Part shown: piece after piece, positions 1-13,145 of the stretch
Position numbering within the stretch: the first letter of the stretch is position 1
Layout of the letters: each line of letters opens with the position of its first letter
Source: the human T2T-CHM13v2.0 reference genome, Homo sapiens
Assembly (NCBI RefSeq): GCF_009914755.1
Contig: NC_060930.1
Length of the DNA stretch: 64,000 bases
Direction: 5' to 3' (one strand)
The notes under the pieces: generated by a model
What the model saw: only the letters and a program-made list of their open reading frames with translations
Told to the model about the DNA's origin: nothing
Database searches by the model: none
Made by a program: the position numbers and the translations under genes

Positions 1-549
1 GTTTAAAAGGCCGTTTCTACTGCCAGGCTTCTGTGTACATACATGGATAACCACCTCCAGGATATTTTTAATAAATATAACCTACTACCAAGTTCTCCAA
101 AACACAAGCAAATTGCATGACAATAATTAGCCTCACACTCAGTTCTGAATTTGATTCAGTTTCCTTCAGATTAATAATCTACTCAAGATTAATGATTAAA
201 CAAGTCTCCTTGTACATACCTACAGAGGCTCCCAAAATTTCCTACAGGTAAACTCAAATTCCTACCAGTTTAAGAGATTTGACACTCAGAGCCCAGGCCT
301 TCCCCTACCCTCTCCTTCTTTCTAGCCTTTTTGGAATTACGTGTTTGCTACTCATCTCATCCCAGGCGCTGTGAACCTACCTTGGTTTCAGGATAGAATC
401 AGTCCTGGAGGCTGCTTTATTATCATAATTAAGTCTTTCAACCTGATAAGGCAAGTTCTCCTCTCTTGTTCTAAAATGTGTCTTGTTTACTCTGTGCTCT
501 TTACTCCTTTACTCCTCTTTTTGAAGGTTAAATTTGATCATCAACTTTC

Positions 550-1440
550 ACGAACAAGACGGCTAGGGATTTCACTTGAAAGTTTATAAATCAAAACCAG
601 GACAATTGCCATCTTTAAGATACCAAATTCATTCATCTGTGAACATTATATATCTAGTCATTTATTCTGATTTATTTGTATTTCTTTCAAAAACATTTTG
701 GAATTGTGATATACAGGTTTTACAACAAAGGTTTTAATATGTATTTGGTTTAAACACATACCTGGTTTCTCCTAGTACTTTATTGTTTTTGCTGCTAACT
801 TGAATATTGTATTTTTCTCTTATGTTTGATCAGTTACTATTTCCAACTGAAATTTTGTCAAATGCTCTTATTACTATAAATATACACATTAATACGTATG
901 TCCATTAATTATATATATAGCCATTACTTCACACACCCAAAATCAGTTATCTTTACTGCAAATGATATGATTACTATATGAAAATCAAAGAGAATACATA
1001 TTATAGATAATAAGTCATTTGCAGATATAGATAATTTTTGTATTCCTAATTATTTTTTATCATTTATTTTCCTTATTTTAGTACATTGGCTTAAATCTCC
1101 TCTGTAATGCTGAAACAGTGATGGGTACCTTGCTTGATTTTTTAAATTGATACTATTTCTAAGAGTTAATCATTAAATATGATATTCATGGTAAGTTTCT
1201 GGTAGATACCCTTTATGAGCTTTAGGTGGTTCCCATTTACTCTTAGTTTATAAAATTTTATTATAAGACAGTGTTTAGTTTTATCAATTTTTTTCTGTGT
1301 TCCTTAAGAAATATTTTTCTCCTCTAATCTGGTAACGTTCTGACTACGTTAATTCCCAGAGACTGAACTAATCTTTCAATTATTTCTGGTATAAACCTTA
1401 CTTGGTAATGTAATCATTCTTAAGAGATTCCATTTTGTAA
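550..1440 (-). mobile_element. Old, degraded L1 (L1M-type) ORF2 fragment
   Basis: T-rich sequence with antisense L1-like phrases (e.g. cattaaatatgatattc...gtagataccctttat...ttcccatttactctta). Boundaries approximate. Confidence 0.55.
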
Positions 1441-1985
1441 GAGTGTAAAATCAGTGACACTGAAACTATTTCTTGTTTTCCATGAGGATTTTTTTTCTTT
1501 TTTATATTTCCATGTATATTCATCTATGCTTTAAGGATTGTCTGAATCCAGAACCACTGCCCTTAACCTTTATTGTATAAGGATATTACTAATAGAAGTT
1601 AACAATTTTCCAAAGACATATCAAGGTAAAAATAAAAGCTTGCTGAAAGTATGCCAGACTGTAAGATTCTAGACAACATGGTCCATTTGTAGAGATCTTG
1701 CTTTTCTGAGGCCTACTAGTATTGAGATCCAGAACCCTACAAGCCTCTATGGGAAGTGGGGCAGGAATCTGAGCAAGATTATGCCTGATGGACTTAATTA
1801 TTTTGACTAATTAAGAGGCAATAACACTAGCTATGCAGGAAGAAACATGGTTTTGTAGGAAGCTTGAAGAGAGATGAACCTGAGAGCAGTAGTAACTGAA
1901 GGGAATGAGAGAGGCAGCATCAAGAACAAGAGCTTTGTCAAGTTCCACAGGAAACTGATGACCAAGTTCCATTTCTTTGAGCTAA

Positions 1986-2037
1986 TTTGAGAATCCGCTT
2001 TGAGAATCCGCTTTGAGAATCTGCTTTGAGAATCTGC
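1986..2037. repeat. 13-bp tandem repeat, 4 copies (TTTGAGAATCYGC)
   Basis: Two copies of tttgagaatccgc followed by two of tttgagaatctgc. Confidence 0.95.
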
Positions 2038-4962
2038 AATGACCTTTATGCTTTGCCTCTTTTATTTCTACTGCCCCTGGCATAGTTTAGGCCCAAGTGT
2101 CTGCTCTGGAGGACAGCTATGCATTTAACAAATGTCTCTACATGACAACATTTGATCATTGGTCACCTAGTCACTCATGCAAAAAGTATGCAACTCAGCT
2201 GTTTCTTCCCTCTCTCTGGCCTTCCATGTTAAGTCAATCTTGAGGTCCTACTACCTCTTAAATGAATTTCCAATATGCCCTTCACTCCTCTGTACTATGC
2301 ACACCTTACACACAAGGCCTTCAATATTTCTTTCTTGATTCACTGAAAGAGTCTAGGATCTGATCTGTTTTGTCCTATGTTCCTTAAATCTACTTTCTAT
2401 AGATATACTAGAAAGAGTTCTAAAATACAAATCTGAAGTGCAAATAGCACTTCCCTGCTTAAAACTCTTGTGGTCCTCCATCACCTGCTGGATAAAGTTC
2501 AAGAGTTTTACCTTTACTAGTGAGGCCTTTGAAGTTTTGGCATCAGAATGTGTTTTCAGCCTCATCATTTATCATTGTCTTACATGATATAATTTTAGCT
2601 TTGTTTAAGTTACCATTATCTTGAACTTGATGCTTCAACAACATAAAATTTCTTGTAAATTCCCCTACACTGTTTCTAACCTCCGTGGCCTTACCATAAT
2701 GTCTTTTTGCCTGGAATCCTTGTCTATAAATTAGGTAATTCTTCCTCAACTCAAGGCATTGCTTCTTCTAATAAGCCACATTTCTGAAGTGAAATTATGG
2801 CATCAACTAATAAAGGTCTCACTTTAAGACACGTGTAAAAACATTTATTCTATGTATTCCTACACATGTACATCAACTATATTGCCTCCATGTAATACAA
2901 AATATATTTTTTCTATGTGAATATTTTCATGTTTTTTTGCAAATGTTTAAACCAAATGTCATTCCAGGCTTCTTACGTACAAGCATGTGGAAATAAGTTG
3001 CCATGCCACCTAAGTGGATACTATTTCATTTCTGCTCCACTTTATATCCAATCCCAACTAGAACGAAATTATATACAGATAAGAGCAAGAGCTCCATTAA
3101 GGAAAATTGGCACACCTAGAAACAGAGAGCTTCTGAATTTTAAATCACTTTGCCAAGACTCCCAGCATATACCCTCATTAAGTGCAGGTATGTTCTTCAT
3201 TTTATATCCCTAGCTACTATGGCATCGAGTAATCATCTACAATTCCAAAAGGAAATTAAGTGAGTTAAAACAAATTACTCATTGGGATATAAAAAATGGA
3301 GTGTTTCTGTTGAAACTATATCTTGACAGTATTGAATCATTCCCTGAAGATAGGTGTTGAACATAAAGCATATGCTACATGCTAGGCCCGGTGGTAGAGG
3401 CTACGATCAACTGTGATGCACAGCCTTTCTCCTTACTAATGAGTGGTGCACTGATATGTAAATAAGCAGTGAAGATACTATGTGAACAGCACACTGTCAG
3501 GTGAGGTGCCATGTGGTACAGGAGCATAGCTTAGAAACACCTCTTCAGGAAGTCTTTCTAAATTATGACTTAAAAGATAAATAGGCATTGTCTAGAGGTA
3601 AATAAAGTGAAGTGGACCATACAGAATGCCTGTGTGAAGGCCCCCAGTCCAGGGGATTTGGGAATGAGAAGGAGCATGACAAGAGAAAAGGCTGCAGTAG
3701 CAGATTGAGGGCAACCTAACAAGGGTTGGGATCTCTTTTGCAGACTCGATATTAAGGTTGCAATGAAGCCACTAAAGGCTGTATGCAGAACTTGAGATCT
3801 GTCTAACGATGTATATTGTAAGGCAACAATAAATTTAGGTTTAATGCTTTTTGAATTTTTTGAAAATGAATGGCCTGATAGCATCTCCCAAATACAAACA
3901 CGTCCCATCATAAAGTTATAGAACAACCAGTCAAATCTAGCATCTAGTAGAGAACAATGCCTTATGGAAGGTGCTCAATAGATGTTTGATGAATTCCTAT
4001 GAGGAATAAAAGAATGCTGTCATAATGAGATGTGTCAACATCCAATTATAATACCTATCTTTTAGACTCAGGATTGAGAGAAGCCAACCTTCTAGTGGAA
4101 AGGTAGAATGATGGAGTGACTGTTCTGATTCTGATATGGAGATTAGATTGACTGTTAGCTGAGGAATGGAGCCAGTAGAGAAGGACGAGAAAAGCTAACA
4201 CCCCTAGTGCCTAATATGTGCCTACATTCATTTAATCATCACAACAGCTCACAAGTACAAACTTTTGAAATTCAAAATTTACAGATAAGGGAACAATGGA
4301 GCATAGAAAAATTAAGTAATTTGCCTAAGAAGACAAAATCAAAATTTAATCATAGACATTTAGATTTTAGAGGCAGTGCTTGTAACTACTATGCTACACT
4401 CTCCTTTTTACCACCTAACATATACCAGATAGAATCAGGAAGAAAAAAATCATGAGTTGATTTATCAGAAGCAATAGCTGCACTTTATTTCCTTTAATTC
4501 ATTTAGCTATGCACTTATATATGTGCATATTTGACTAGAGACTACAAAATATGTTTGGAGGTAGGGGAAAGAAAACTTGTTGAATAGCATGTATTTAGCA
4601 GGGAACTATGTAGGCCTCTATTTGATCGTGCAGCATTTCCTTTCTTCACTAATTAGTTTTCTGAGTTTAAACCCAGAGCTTTTGAAGTACTATGTTGAAA
4701 TTAGAACAAATATTAATGCTGCAAGAGGAATTAAGTGGAATCAATAAGAACTGGAAAAAAAAAAAGAAAAAAAGATTGTCTAAACAACAAAAAGAAAAAC
4801 CTACAAGATAGAGACAGCTTCTATAATTTGTTGATCTTGAAGCCTGACATTTATTTAAGAAAAGCCCATAACATGGAAGTACAATTTTTTTTGCTTCCCA
4901 TCTACATATTCACACATCCTAATATATTATGCAGTGATCCTAAAGGTCACTTACTGATAGTG

Positions 4963-5100
4963 CATATATATGTACACATACATATATACACATATATACA
5001 TATATATGTATATATACTTATAAGTATACATATATAAGTATATATACATATATATGTATATATGTGTATATATGTGTGTGTGTGTGTATATATATATATG
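4963..5100. repeat. Compound (TA)/(CA)/(TG) microsatellite, followed by a purine-rich tract to about 5245
   Basis: Directly visible. Confidence 0.9.
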
Positions 5101-6265
5101 AAGTTAGTTATCTTGATTTCCTTGATTATATGTAATAAAATGGAAAGGAGGGAGAAAAGAAGGGAAGGAGAGAGAGGAATTGCTTGAGCAAGGATGAGAG
5201 TTAGCGAAGTCGAGAGGAAAAGAAGAGAGGATGAGGAAAGAGAATAAATGACTTGCTACTGTTCACTGATTTTCACTGGCCAAATGGAACCAATGTAAGG
5301 TGGACAAATTATAAAACTCAAGTGTAAACAAAGAATCCAGGGGGCTTCTTATGTCATGGGGTTGATGCAGGTGCATATTCATCTTTTGGCACATTTGGGA
5401 AGTGAAAATTTTATTCCATATTCAAATGCCATTAAGTTATTTACAACTAGATCTGGAGGTTTCATATTTATCATCATGAAGTATAAAGCCAAATGTCCCT
5501 TTTTCAGAAGCACCAAAGATTAACCGATTAGAATGTTTTCCACATGTCCATTTTTACTGTCAAGAGAATTTTAAAGTTTTCCAGCTTCCGCAGCTGAGCC
5601 AGATGTCAGTGGGTCCCACAGTGAAATGAAATTGGCAGAGTAGCCTTCTCATGACCCTGGGGTTGTTTTATCAGGGATCACTTTAATGTCTAAGAGTCGT
5701 TCCTTGCTGAAGACTCTAAAGTTTTGGGTCCAATCTGCCACAATTACAGAAATATGCTGACTTGGTTGAACCACTGAAACCCAGAAATATTTCTTACAAC
5801 TTTTCTCACATCGCACTATAATTGTTGTTTGTGTTGGCACTAGAATAGTACAGGGTTTCATTTCCACTGTACGTTTCCGGTCTCTGGTTACAGAAACATC
5901 AGTAGAGAATATTTTACCAGCCACATTTTTTGTTGTGTAAACAGGTCCTGGTGATTTACTCTGTTGGTCTCTTCACTGTGTTCTCAAATGACCATGGTCT
6001 GAAAGATATCAGATGGACACTTTCTAAAATAACTTTAGGAGTTAGCACAATGTTTTTTAAAATATTGTAATTGATAGCTTTGGTTCAGGAAATCTTGGCA
6101 AAAAGTCCCAAAATGGTTACATTGACATATTTCATTTTTTTCTTTAACTTTTAGATTTCTGCTACCATTAATATAACAATTATATTTAAGGTAGACACAA
6201 TTTAAAACACAATACAATAAAATGAACATAATTTTAGTCACCATGCAGTTTAAGAAATAGGAGTA

Positions 6266-6626
6266 TGTATTCTGTTTTCACACTGCTATAAAATACCTGA
6301 GACAGGGTAATTCATAAAGGAAAGAGCTTTAATTGACTCACAGTGCTGTATGGCTGGAGAGGTCTCAGGAAACTTACAATCATGGTGGAAGTTGAAGGGG
6401 AAGCAAGGCACATCTTATATGGTGGCAGGAGAGAGAGCATGAAGAGGGAACTGCCAAACACTTTTAAAACCATCAGTTATCATGAGAACTCACTCACTAG
6501 CATGAGAACTGTATCAGGACAATTGCCCCCATGATCAAATCACCTCCTACCAGGTCCCTCCCTCAACACCTGTGGATTATAATTAGAGATGAGATTTGGG
6601 TGGGGACACAGAGCCAAACCATATCA
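6266..6626 (-). mobile_element. ERVL-MaLR solo LTR (MSTA/THE1-like)
   Basis: Right end reverse-complements to tgatatggtttggctctgtgtccccacccaaatctcatc, the THE1/MST LTR start. About 360 bp with TG...CA ends. Confidence 0.9.
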
Positions 6627-6639
6627 GCATTACAATATT

Positions 6640-9600
6640 TTAGAATCTCCATATAAGCCTGCCTTCATCGAATGACCCCTCTGTCCCAGAAAATTCTGCA
6701 TATCATTCTCCTGTTTTACTTTAAAATGTTATAATATGATTGGTAAATTTGTCTTTTTTTGGACTTTACATAACTAGAATATTACTTTATTCTTCGATAA
6801 CTTGCTTTATCCACCCATTACTGGGTTTTTCAGTTCAACCTGTGTGACTGCACATAGCTGTCAATATTCCTTGTCTTGACTAGATGATTTTCATTTGTGT
6901 GAATATGGCACAGTTTGATCCAATTCCTTAGAGGTGAAAAATTGTTTCAGTTTTTATCATTATAAACAATTCTGCTACAAACTCTTTTTCTGTCTTCTGC
7001 TGCATACAAGAGATTTACCAGGTATATACCAAGGAATAAATTGCTGGGTCATAGAGTACACATGTGCACAAATCACCAATAGTATGTGAGAGTTTCTGTA
7101 AGTCTACATCTTTACCAACATTAGATACTGTCTGGCTTTTCTATTTTTGCCAATATACCAGGTATAACATGAAATCACATTTAAATTTGCATTTTTCAGA
7201 TTAATGTTGAACATATTTTATGTGACATTTGTGTTCCCTTTTATGAGTAATACTGATGTAATTCTTAACAATTTTTATATTTTTTTCTTTTTTTAAAATA
7301 AGCTATTAAGTTTATAATATACATATAGAGAAGAGCACAAATCATAAGTATACAGATCAATAAATGTTCACAAAGTTAAAACACCACTCAGGTCAGAAAA
7401 TTGAACATTAGCAGCATGTTCTCATGCTGCTCTCACACCTTCTCCCTTATTATCCTACTCCTGTGTAAACATCTATAACCATGGATTAGTTTTGCATGTT
7501 CATGAATATTATAAAAATGTAATCAAACAATATACTTTATCATGTCTGACTTTTCTCATTCAACATGTTGTTTTGAAATTCAACCATGTTGTATGTAGCA
7601 GTTTTTCATTCTCATAAGTGATACATATATTCAGAATCTATGTACAAATTTTATTACTGATATGTATTTGTGTTGCTTCCAATTTGGAGTTACTATAAAG
7701 AGTACTAGTGTGAACATTCTTGAACATATCTTTTGGTGAATACATGCATACATTTCTATTGGTTATATACCTAGGAATGGAATTGTTGGGTTCTAATGTA
7801 TGCATGTTTTACAGAGTGGTGGCACCAATTTAAACTCCCAACAGCAATATGTGAGAGTACCATTCGTTCCACATTTTTGCCAGTACTTTGTACCTCAGAC
7901 TTTATCATTGCAACCAGTCTGGTGGCTGTGTGGTGGTATTTCATTGTAGTTTTAATTTACATTTCTCTGATGACTAGTGAAGTGTAATGACTTTTCAGAA
8001 CTTACTTGCTATTAATACACCTTTTCTGTGCAGTGTCTCTTCAAGTTATTTGTCCATTTTACCACTGACCTGTTATTTTATCATAGATTAATAGGAGTTT
8101 TATATGTATTCTTGATACTATTCCTTTGTCATGTATATTAATTCAAAATATCTTTTCCCACATTGTGACTTGTTATTCAATCTTATAATATATATTTTTG
8201 TTTTAATTTTTATTTAATAGGGTTTTAGATTTTTAGAAAAATTGTGAAGAGATTACAGATAATTACCATAGACCTACACCCAATTCCTCCTGTTATTAAC
8301 ATCTTGCATTAATATGTATTCTGATATTATTGTATGGATGATTCACAAATGTCAATTAAAACAAACTGCTTGATAGTGCTGTTCAAATAAACTATATTCT
8401 TGTTGATTATCTGTCTGCTTGATATATCAATTACCAAAAGAAGTATGTTAATGTTTTAAACTATAATAGTGAATCTGCCTATTTCTTATTTCCATTTTAC
8501 CTCATGAATTTTGATGCTGTGTTGTTAGATTTATAAAAATTTACAACTGTTATTTCTTCTTGGATAATGTATTTATCATTATATAACATACTACCATATC
8601 TTTGATAATTTTTTTCTTTTGCGAAGTCCACTTTTTTCTAAAATTAATATTGCTACCCCAGCTTTCATTTGATTGGTGTTAGTATGTCATGTATACTTTT
8701 TCTATCCCTTTACTTTTAACATACCTGAGTATATTAAATATTTATAATGGATTTTTTGTAGATAACAAATAGTTGGGTCTTGCTTTTAAAATCCGCTGGC
8801 AACCTCTGTCTTCAAATTTAGACCATTCACATTTGAAATGATTGTAGTTGGATTATAGGTGGATTAATATCCACCATATTTATAAATGTATTACAGTCAT
8901 TACATTCTTTTTTCTCCACATTTTTCAATCTTCTCTGGTTTTAATCGATAATTTTATATGATTCTTTTGTACTTTATCTCCTAGCATATCATTTATATTT
9001 CTTAAAATTTTTAGTGATTTATCTACAGTTTCCAATACACCTTGTTAACTAAAGTCCACCTTCAAATAATACTATACCATTTCATGTGTAGCACCAGTAC
9101 GTTGTAATAAAGTATCCCAAATTCATTCCTCCCATATTTTATAACATTATTATCCTTCATTTCACTTACACATATGCTACAATTACCCTGTACCTTGTTA
9201 CTATTTTTACTTTGAACAGTTATTAATAGATGAATTAAGAATAATTAAAATAAAAGATTATATTTTATTTTCATATATTGCATCTCTGATGTCTTATTTT
9301 TCTTTGTGTAGAACTAATTTTCTGATATATACACACATAAGTATCCTTCTTTGTGAAGACTGTCTTTTTAAGTTTCTAGTTGGGCAGATATATTGATGGA
9401 ATCCTTCAGTTCTTGTTTTTCTGAAAAAGTCTTTGTTTCTACTTCACTTCTGAAGAGTAATTTTATTGAACATAGAATCCTAGGTTCTACACTGGTGGGT
9501 TTTTACTTTCAGTACTTTACTTCATTCTACTTTCTAGTTGCTTTTGTGGTTTCTGAAGGACAGTTGAAATGCAATTCTTAATTTCATTTCTCTATAGATA

Positions 9601-12460
9601 CGGTGTATTTTTTCTCTGGCTTCTTTCAAAATTCTCTGTTTATCTTTGTTTTGTTGCAGTTTGAATATGATATGCCTAGCTATTGATTTTCAGTATTTAT
9701 CCTGCTTGACATTCTCTGAGCTTCCCGGATCTATGGGTTCATGGCTGTCATTAATTTTGGAAAGCTGTCAACGATTATTGCTTCAAATATTTATGCTACT
9801 GTGTTCTCTGTTTCTTCTCCTTCTGGCATTTTAATTACACATACATAATGGATCTCTACAGAGCCTTTTAAAATCGTGTAATAGTTCTCAGACAATCTGT
9901 TATGAATTTTTTCATTAATTTTTCCTCTTTGCATTTCAGTTTTATGAAGTGTCTACTGACATATTTTTCAGCTCACTGATTCTCTCCTTAGCCACGTCTA
10001 GTCTACCAATGAGTCTATCAACAGCATTCTTCATTTCTATTAGTTTTTTTTTCTAGCATTTCTTTTTTATTCTTCTTTTAGAGCCTCCATCTACAGGTTT
10101 ACATTCCCGTCTCTTTTTTGCATGTTGTCTACTTCTGCCAATAAATCCCTTCACATATTAGTCATAGTTAATTTGAATTCCCTGTCTCATCATTCCAATA
10201 TCTGTGTCATATCTGAGTCTGATTCTGAGGGTTGCTTTGTCTCTTCAGGCTGTATTTTTTATTGGCTTTTCATCTGCCTTTGATTTGTTGTTGTTGTTGT
10301 CGTTGAAAGCCTACACATTGTATCTGGTAATAGTAACTGAGGTAAACAGGCTGTAAGTGTGAGATTATATGTTTATCTGGCTAGGAGTTTGGTTGCATTT
10401 AATGTTTGCTGCAGCTGTAACTGCCAGAGGCTTCAAATTTCTCTAGTTTCCTGTCTTTGCCTTTTCTATATAAGGCGGGCTTTCCTAAGTATTCCTTCTC
10501 AGATAAACGGGTCTGCTTCTTGTAGTTCTTTCTGCTGTAATCTGCTGTTATTAGACTGGAGCCCTTTCGGTGTGGTGATAAGGTGTGAAAGAAGAGAAGC
10601 ATTCCTTAATCTGGTGATTAAATTTCAGACTTGTAGTGGGCCTGTGGGTTTTAAATGTTGACCTTCCCAAGTGTTTCTCCAGTGGTATCAACTTTTGTTT
10701 ATCCCTGTGGTACTACAGGAAGTCTATTGTGGGCTGGAGAATGATGAATACCCTTTCCCCAGCTGGGATAAGGTACTAGTAATTTCTTTGTATTGAGAAT
10801 AGGCCTTTGTAATGAAGAATATTCTGATAATATTTCAAGTGATTATTCTTTTCCTCTCCTTGCCAGGGTCACAGAAAAAGGTCTTTCTCAAATTCTCACT
10901 TTTAGATCCTGATAGAAGGTAAGACTCACAAAATTAGCGACCCCCTTAAAACTCTGGCTTCAAGTGTTTCTCACTTTTATGCTTATCCACACTCAGACTC
11001 CAGCAATTTGTCAAAATTAGGCAGTTAAGAAGATCTCAAATCTGCAGCTCTGGATTTGCCTCTCTCTCCAGATTTCAGGGCAGAAGTTTGCTCTTCAACC
11101 TCAGTTTTCTGATAGATCCAAGAAAAGTTATTTCAGTTCAATTTTTCAAGCTTGTCCATGCCGTAAAAATAAGGGTGATTTCCAAACTCTTTACATTTGG
11201 AGCTAACATAGAAACTCAATGTATCTTTTTATGAGCAGAAAATCCTAATTGTAATATAGCCTGTTTATCAATTATTTTCCACTGTTAGCCTTTCTCATGT
11301 GTTATGTAATGTCTCTCTCTAGGCAAAATATTACTCTCATGTTATTTACTTCTATAGTTAGACTTATAATCTTTGTGTATCAAGATTAAGATTTTTTTTT
11401 CTGTATGAATATCCAATTGAACTAGCACAATTTATTGAAAAGATCATGCTTTTCTCACTGAAGTGTAGTGATGCTTTTATCACAAATCAGGTGACTGTAT
11501 ATGTCTGAATTTCTTTCTCAGCTCTCTTTTCTTTGTGGTCTATATGCCCATTCTTGTATTGCTATCACACATCTTAATTATTTTAGCTTTATATTAAGAT
11601 TTGTTATCTGATAAGTTCTTCAGATTTGAAATTCCCCTTTTCGATTGCCTTGGCTATTGTAGGCCATTTGCATTCTCACATCAATTTTAGAATCCACTTG
11701 TCAATTCCTTGCACACACACAGATCTGCTGAGCTTGCATTGAATCTATGGATCAATTTGGTGAAAACTGGTATTTGTTCAATATTGAGCCTTCCAAGCCT
11801 GAAACTTATCTCTCTGTTTACTTTTATTTATAAAACTTCTCTTCATAGTGTTATGTTACTTTCTATATAGTAATATAACATGTCTGTTGTTAAATCTATG
11901 CCTTACCATATTTTAATAATATTGCAATTGGAAGTGTGTCATTTCATTTCATAATGAATATTTGTTACTAGTATATATAACAGTACCGGTAATTTTTATA
12001 TATTGTGCTTATATTCTACAATCTTCCTAAATTTATGTATTGATTTTAATAGTATACCTATAACTTATGTTGGAAGTTTGAATACACAATTATGACATTT
12101 GAAATAATGATAATTGTATTTCATCCTTCCCAACTTGTACATTTTGTTCATTTCCTTTCCTTATTGCACTGGCTAGAAACTCCTACTTTGCTAAGTGTGT
12201 CAAATAATTTTCTACATCATTTGAGATAATCACAAGATTTTTCTTCTTTATTAATGTGGTAATTCTATGATTGGTTTTATATGTTAAACTAGAATTTCTG
12301 GGATAAATCCAACTTGGTTGAAATGGATTAGTCTTTTAATATGTCACTAAATTCCCTTTGAAATATTTTATTAGGATACAGTGAAATAGATTTGGCTAGG
12401 AGTTTCTTTTCTTGTAATAATCTTGTAGGATTTGTGATCAAGGTTATACTGGACTCAGGA
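6640..12460 (-). mobile_element. Cluster of nested old L1 fragments (L1M/L1MC-ME-like 3'UTR, ORF1 and ORF2 pieces)
   Basis: Several antisense L1 3'-end motifs (e.g. gtgaacattcttgaacatatcttttggtgaatacatg...tatacctaggaatggaattg) and ORF1/ORF2-like stretches. Subfamilies not resolved. Confidence 0.75.
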
Positions 12461-12607
12461 AATGAATTAGGAGGGGGCAGAACAGTGGAACTCAGAATGA
12501 CTGCATCTAACATCACACGGGGCCTCTACAACAACAGCTGCTCTTAAATCAAATTATGAATTCGCTGTCCTTATGTGTAAGCCTTGTTTATAAAAATTAT
12601 GGGCAAA

Positions 12608-12709
12608 AATCCTTTGGGTATATACCCAGTAATGGGATGGCTGGGTCAAATGGTATTTCTATGTAACAAACCTGCACATTGTGCACATGTACCCCAGAAC
12701 TTAGAGTAT
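12608..12709 (+). mobile_element. Tiny 5'-inverted L1PA insertion
   Basis: 12608-12660 is antisense L1PA ORF2-end sequence (aatcctttgggtatatacccagtaatgggatggctgggtcaaatggtatttct). It joins directly to the sense L1 3' terminus (atgtaacaaacctgcacattgtgcacatgtaccccagaacttagagta). Confidence 0.85.
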
Positions 12710-13145
12710 TTTATATATATCATATATATATAATAGATATAATATATATATTATATATTATAATATAATATATATTATATTTATATATTATATATTATAT
12801 AATATATATTATATTATAATATATAATATATATTATATTTATATAATATATAATATATATTATATAATATATATTATATATTATATATAAAATAATATAT
12901 ATTATATATATAATATATATTATATTATATAATATATATTATATTTAGATAATATATATTATATTAATATAATATATATTATCTAAATATAATATATATT
13001 ATCTAAATATATATTATCTTAATATATATTATATATTATATATATAATATATTACATATAATATATAATATATATATTATATTACATATACATATTACAT
13101 ATATTATATATGTAATTACATATATATATAATATATATAAATAAA
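12710..13145. repeat. AT-rich low-complexity/(TA)n tract containing a perfect palindrome
   Basis: About 435 bp almost entirely A/T with a recurring AATATATATT unit. Confidence 0.95.

Noticed and set aside
1986-2037. Short repeats here and at 62493-62537 as CRISPR-like arrays
   Set aside because: No spacers and a eukaryotic context. These are simple tandem duplications.
5280-6030. Complex non-repetitive stretch with a 91-aa minus-strand ORF; considered as a processed pseudogene or hidden exon
   Set aside because: No recognisable domain, poly(A)/TSD or convincing splice pair. A BLAST or Dfam search would be needed.
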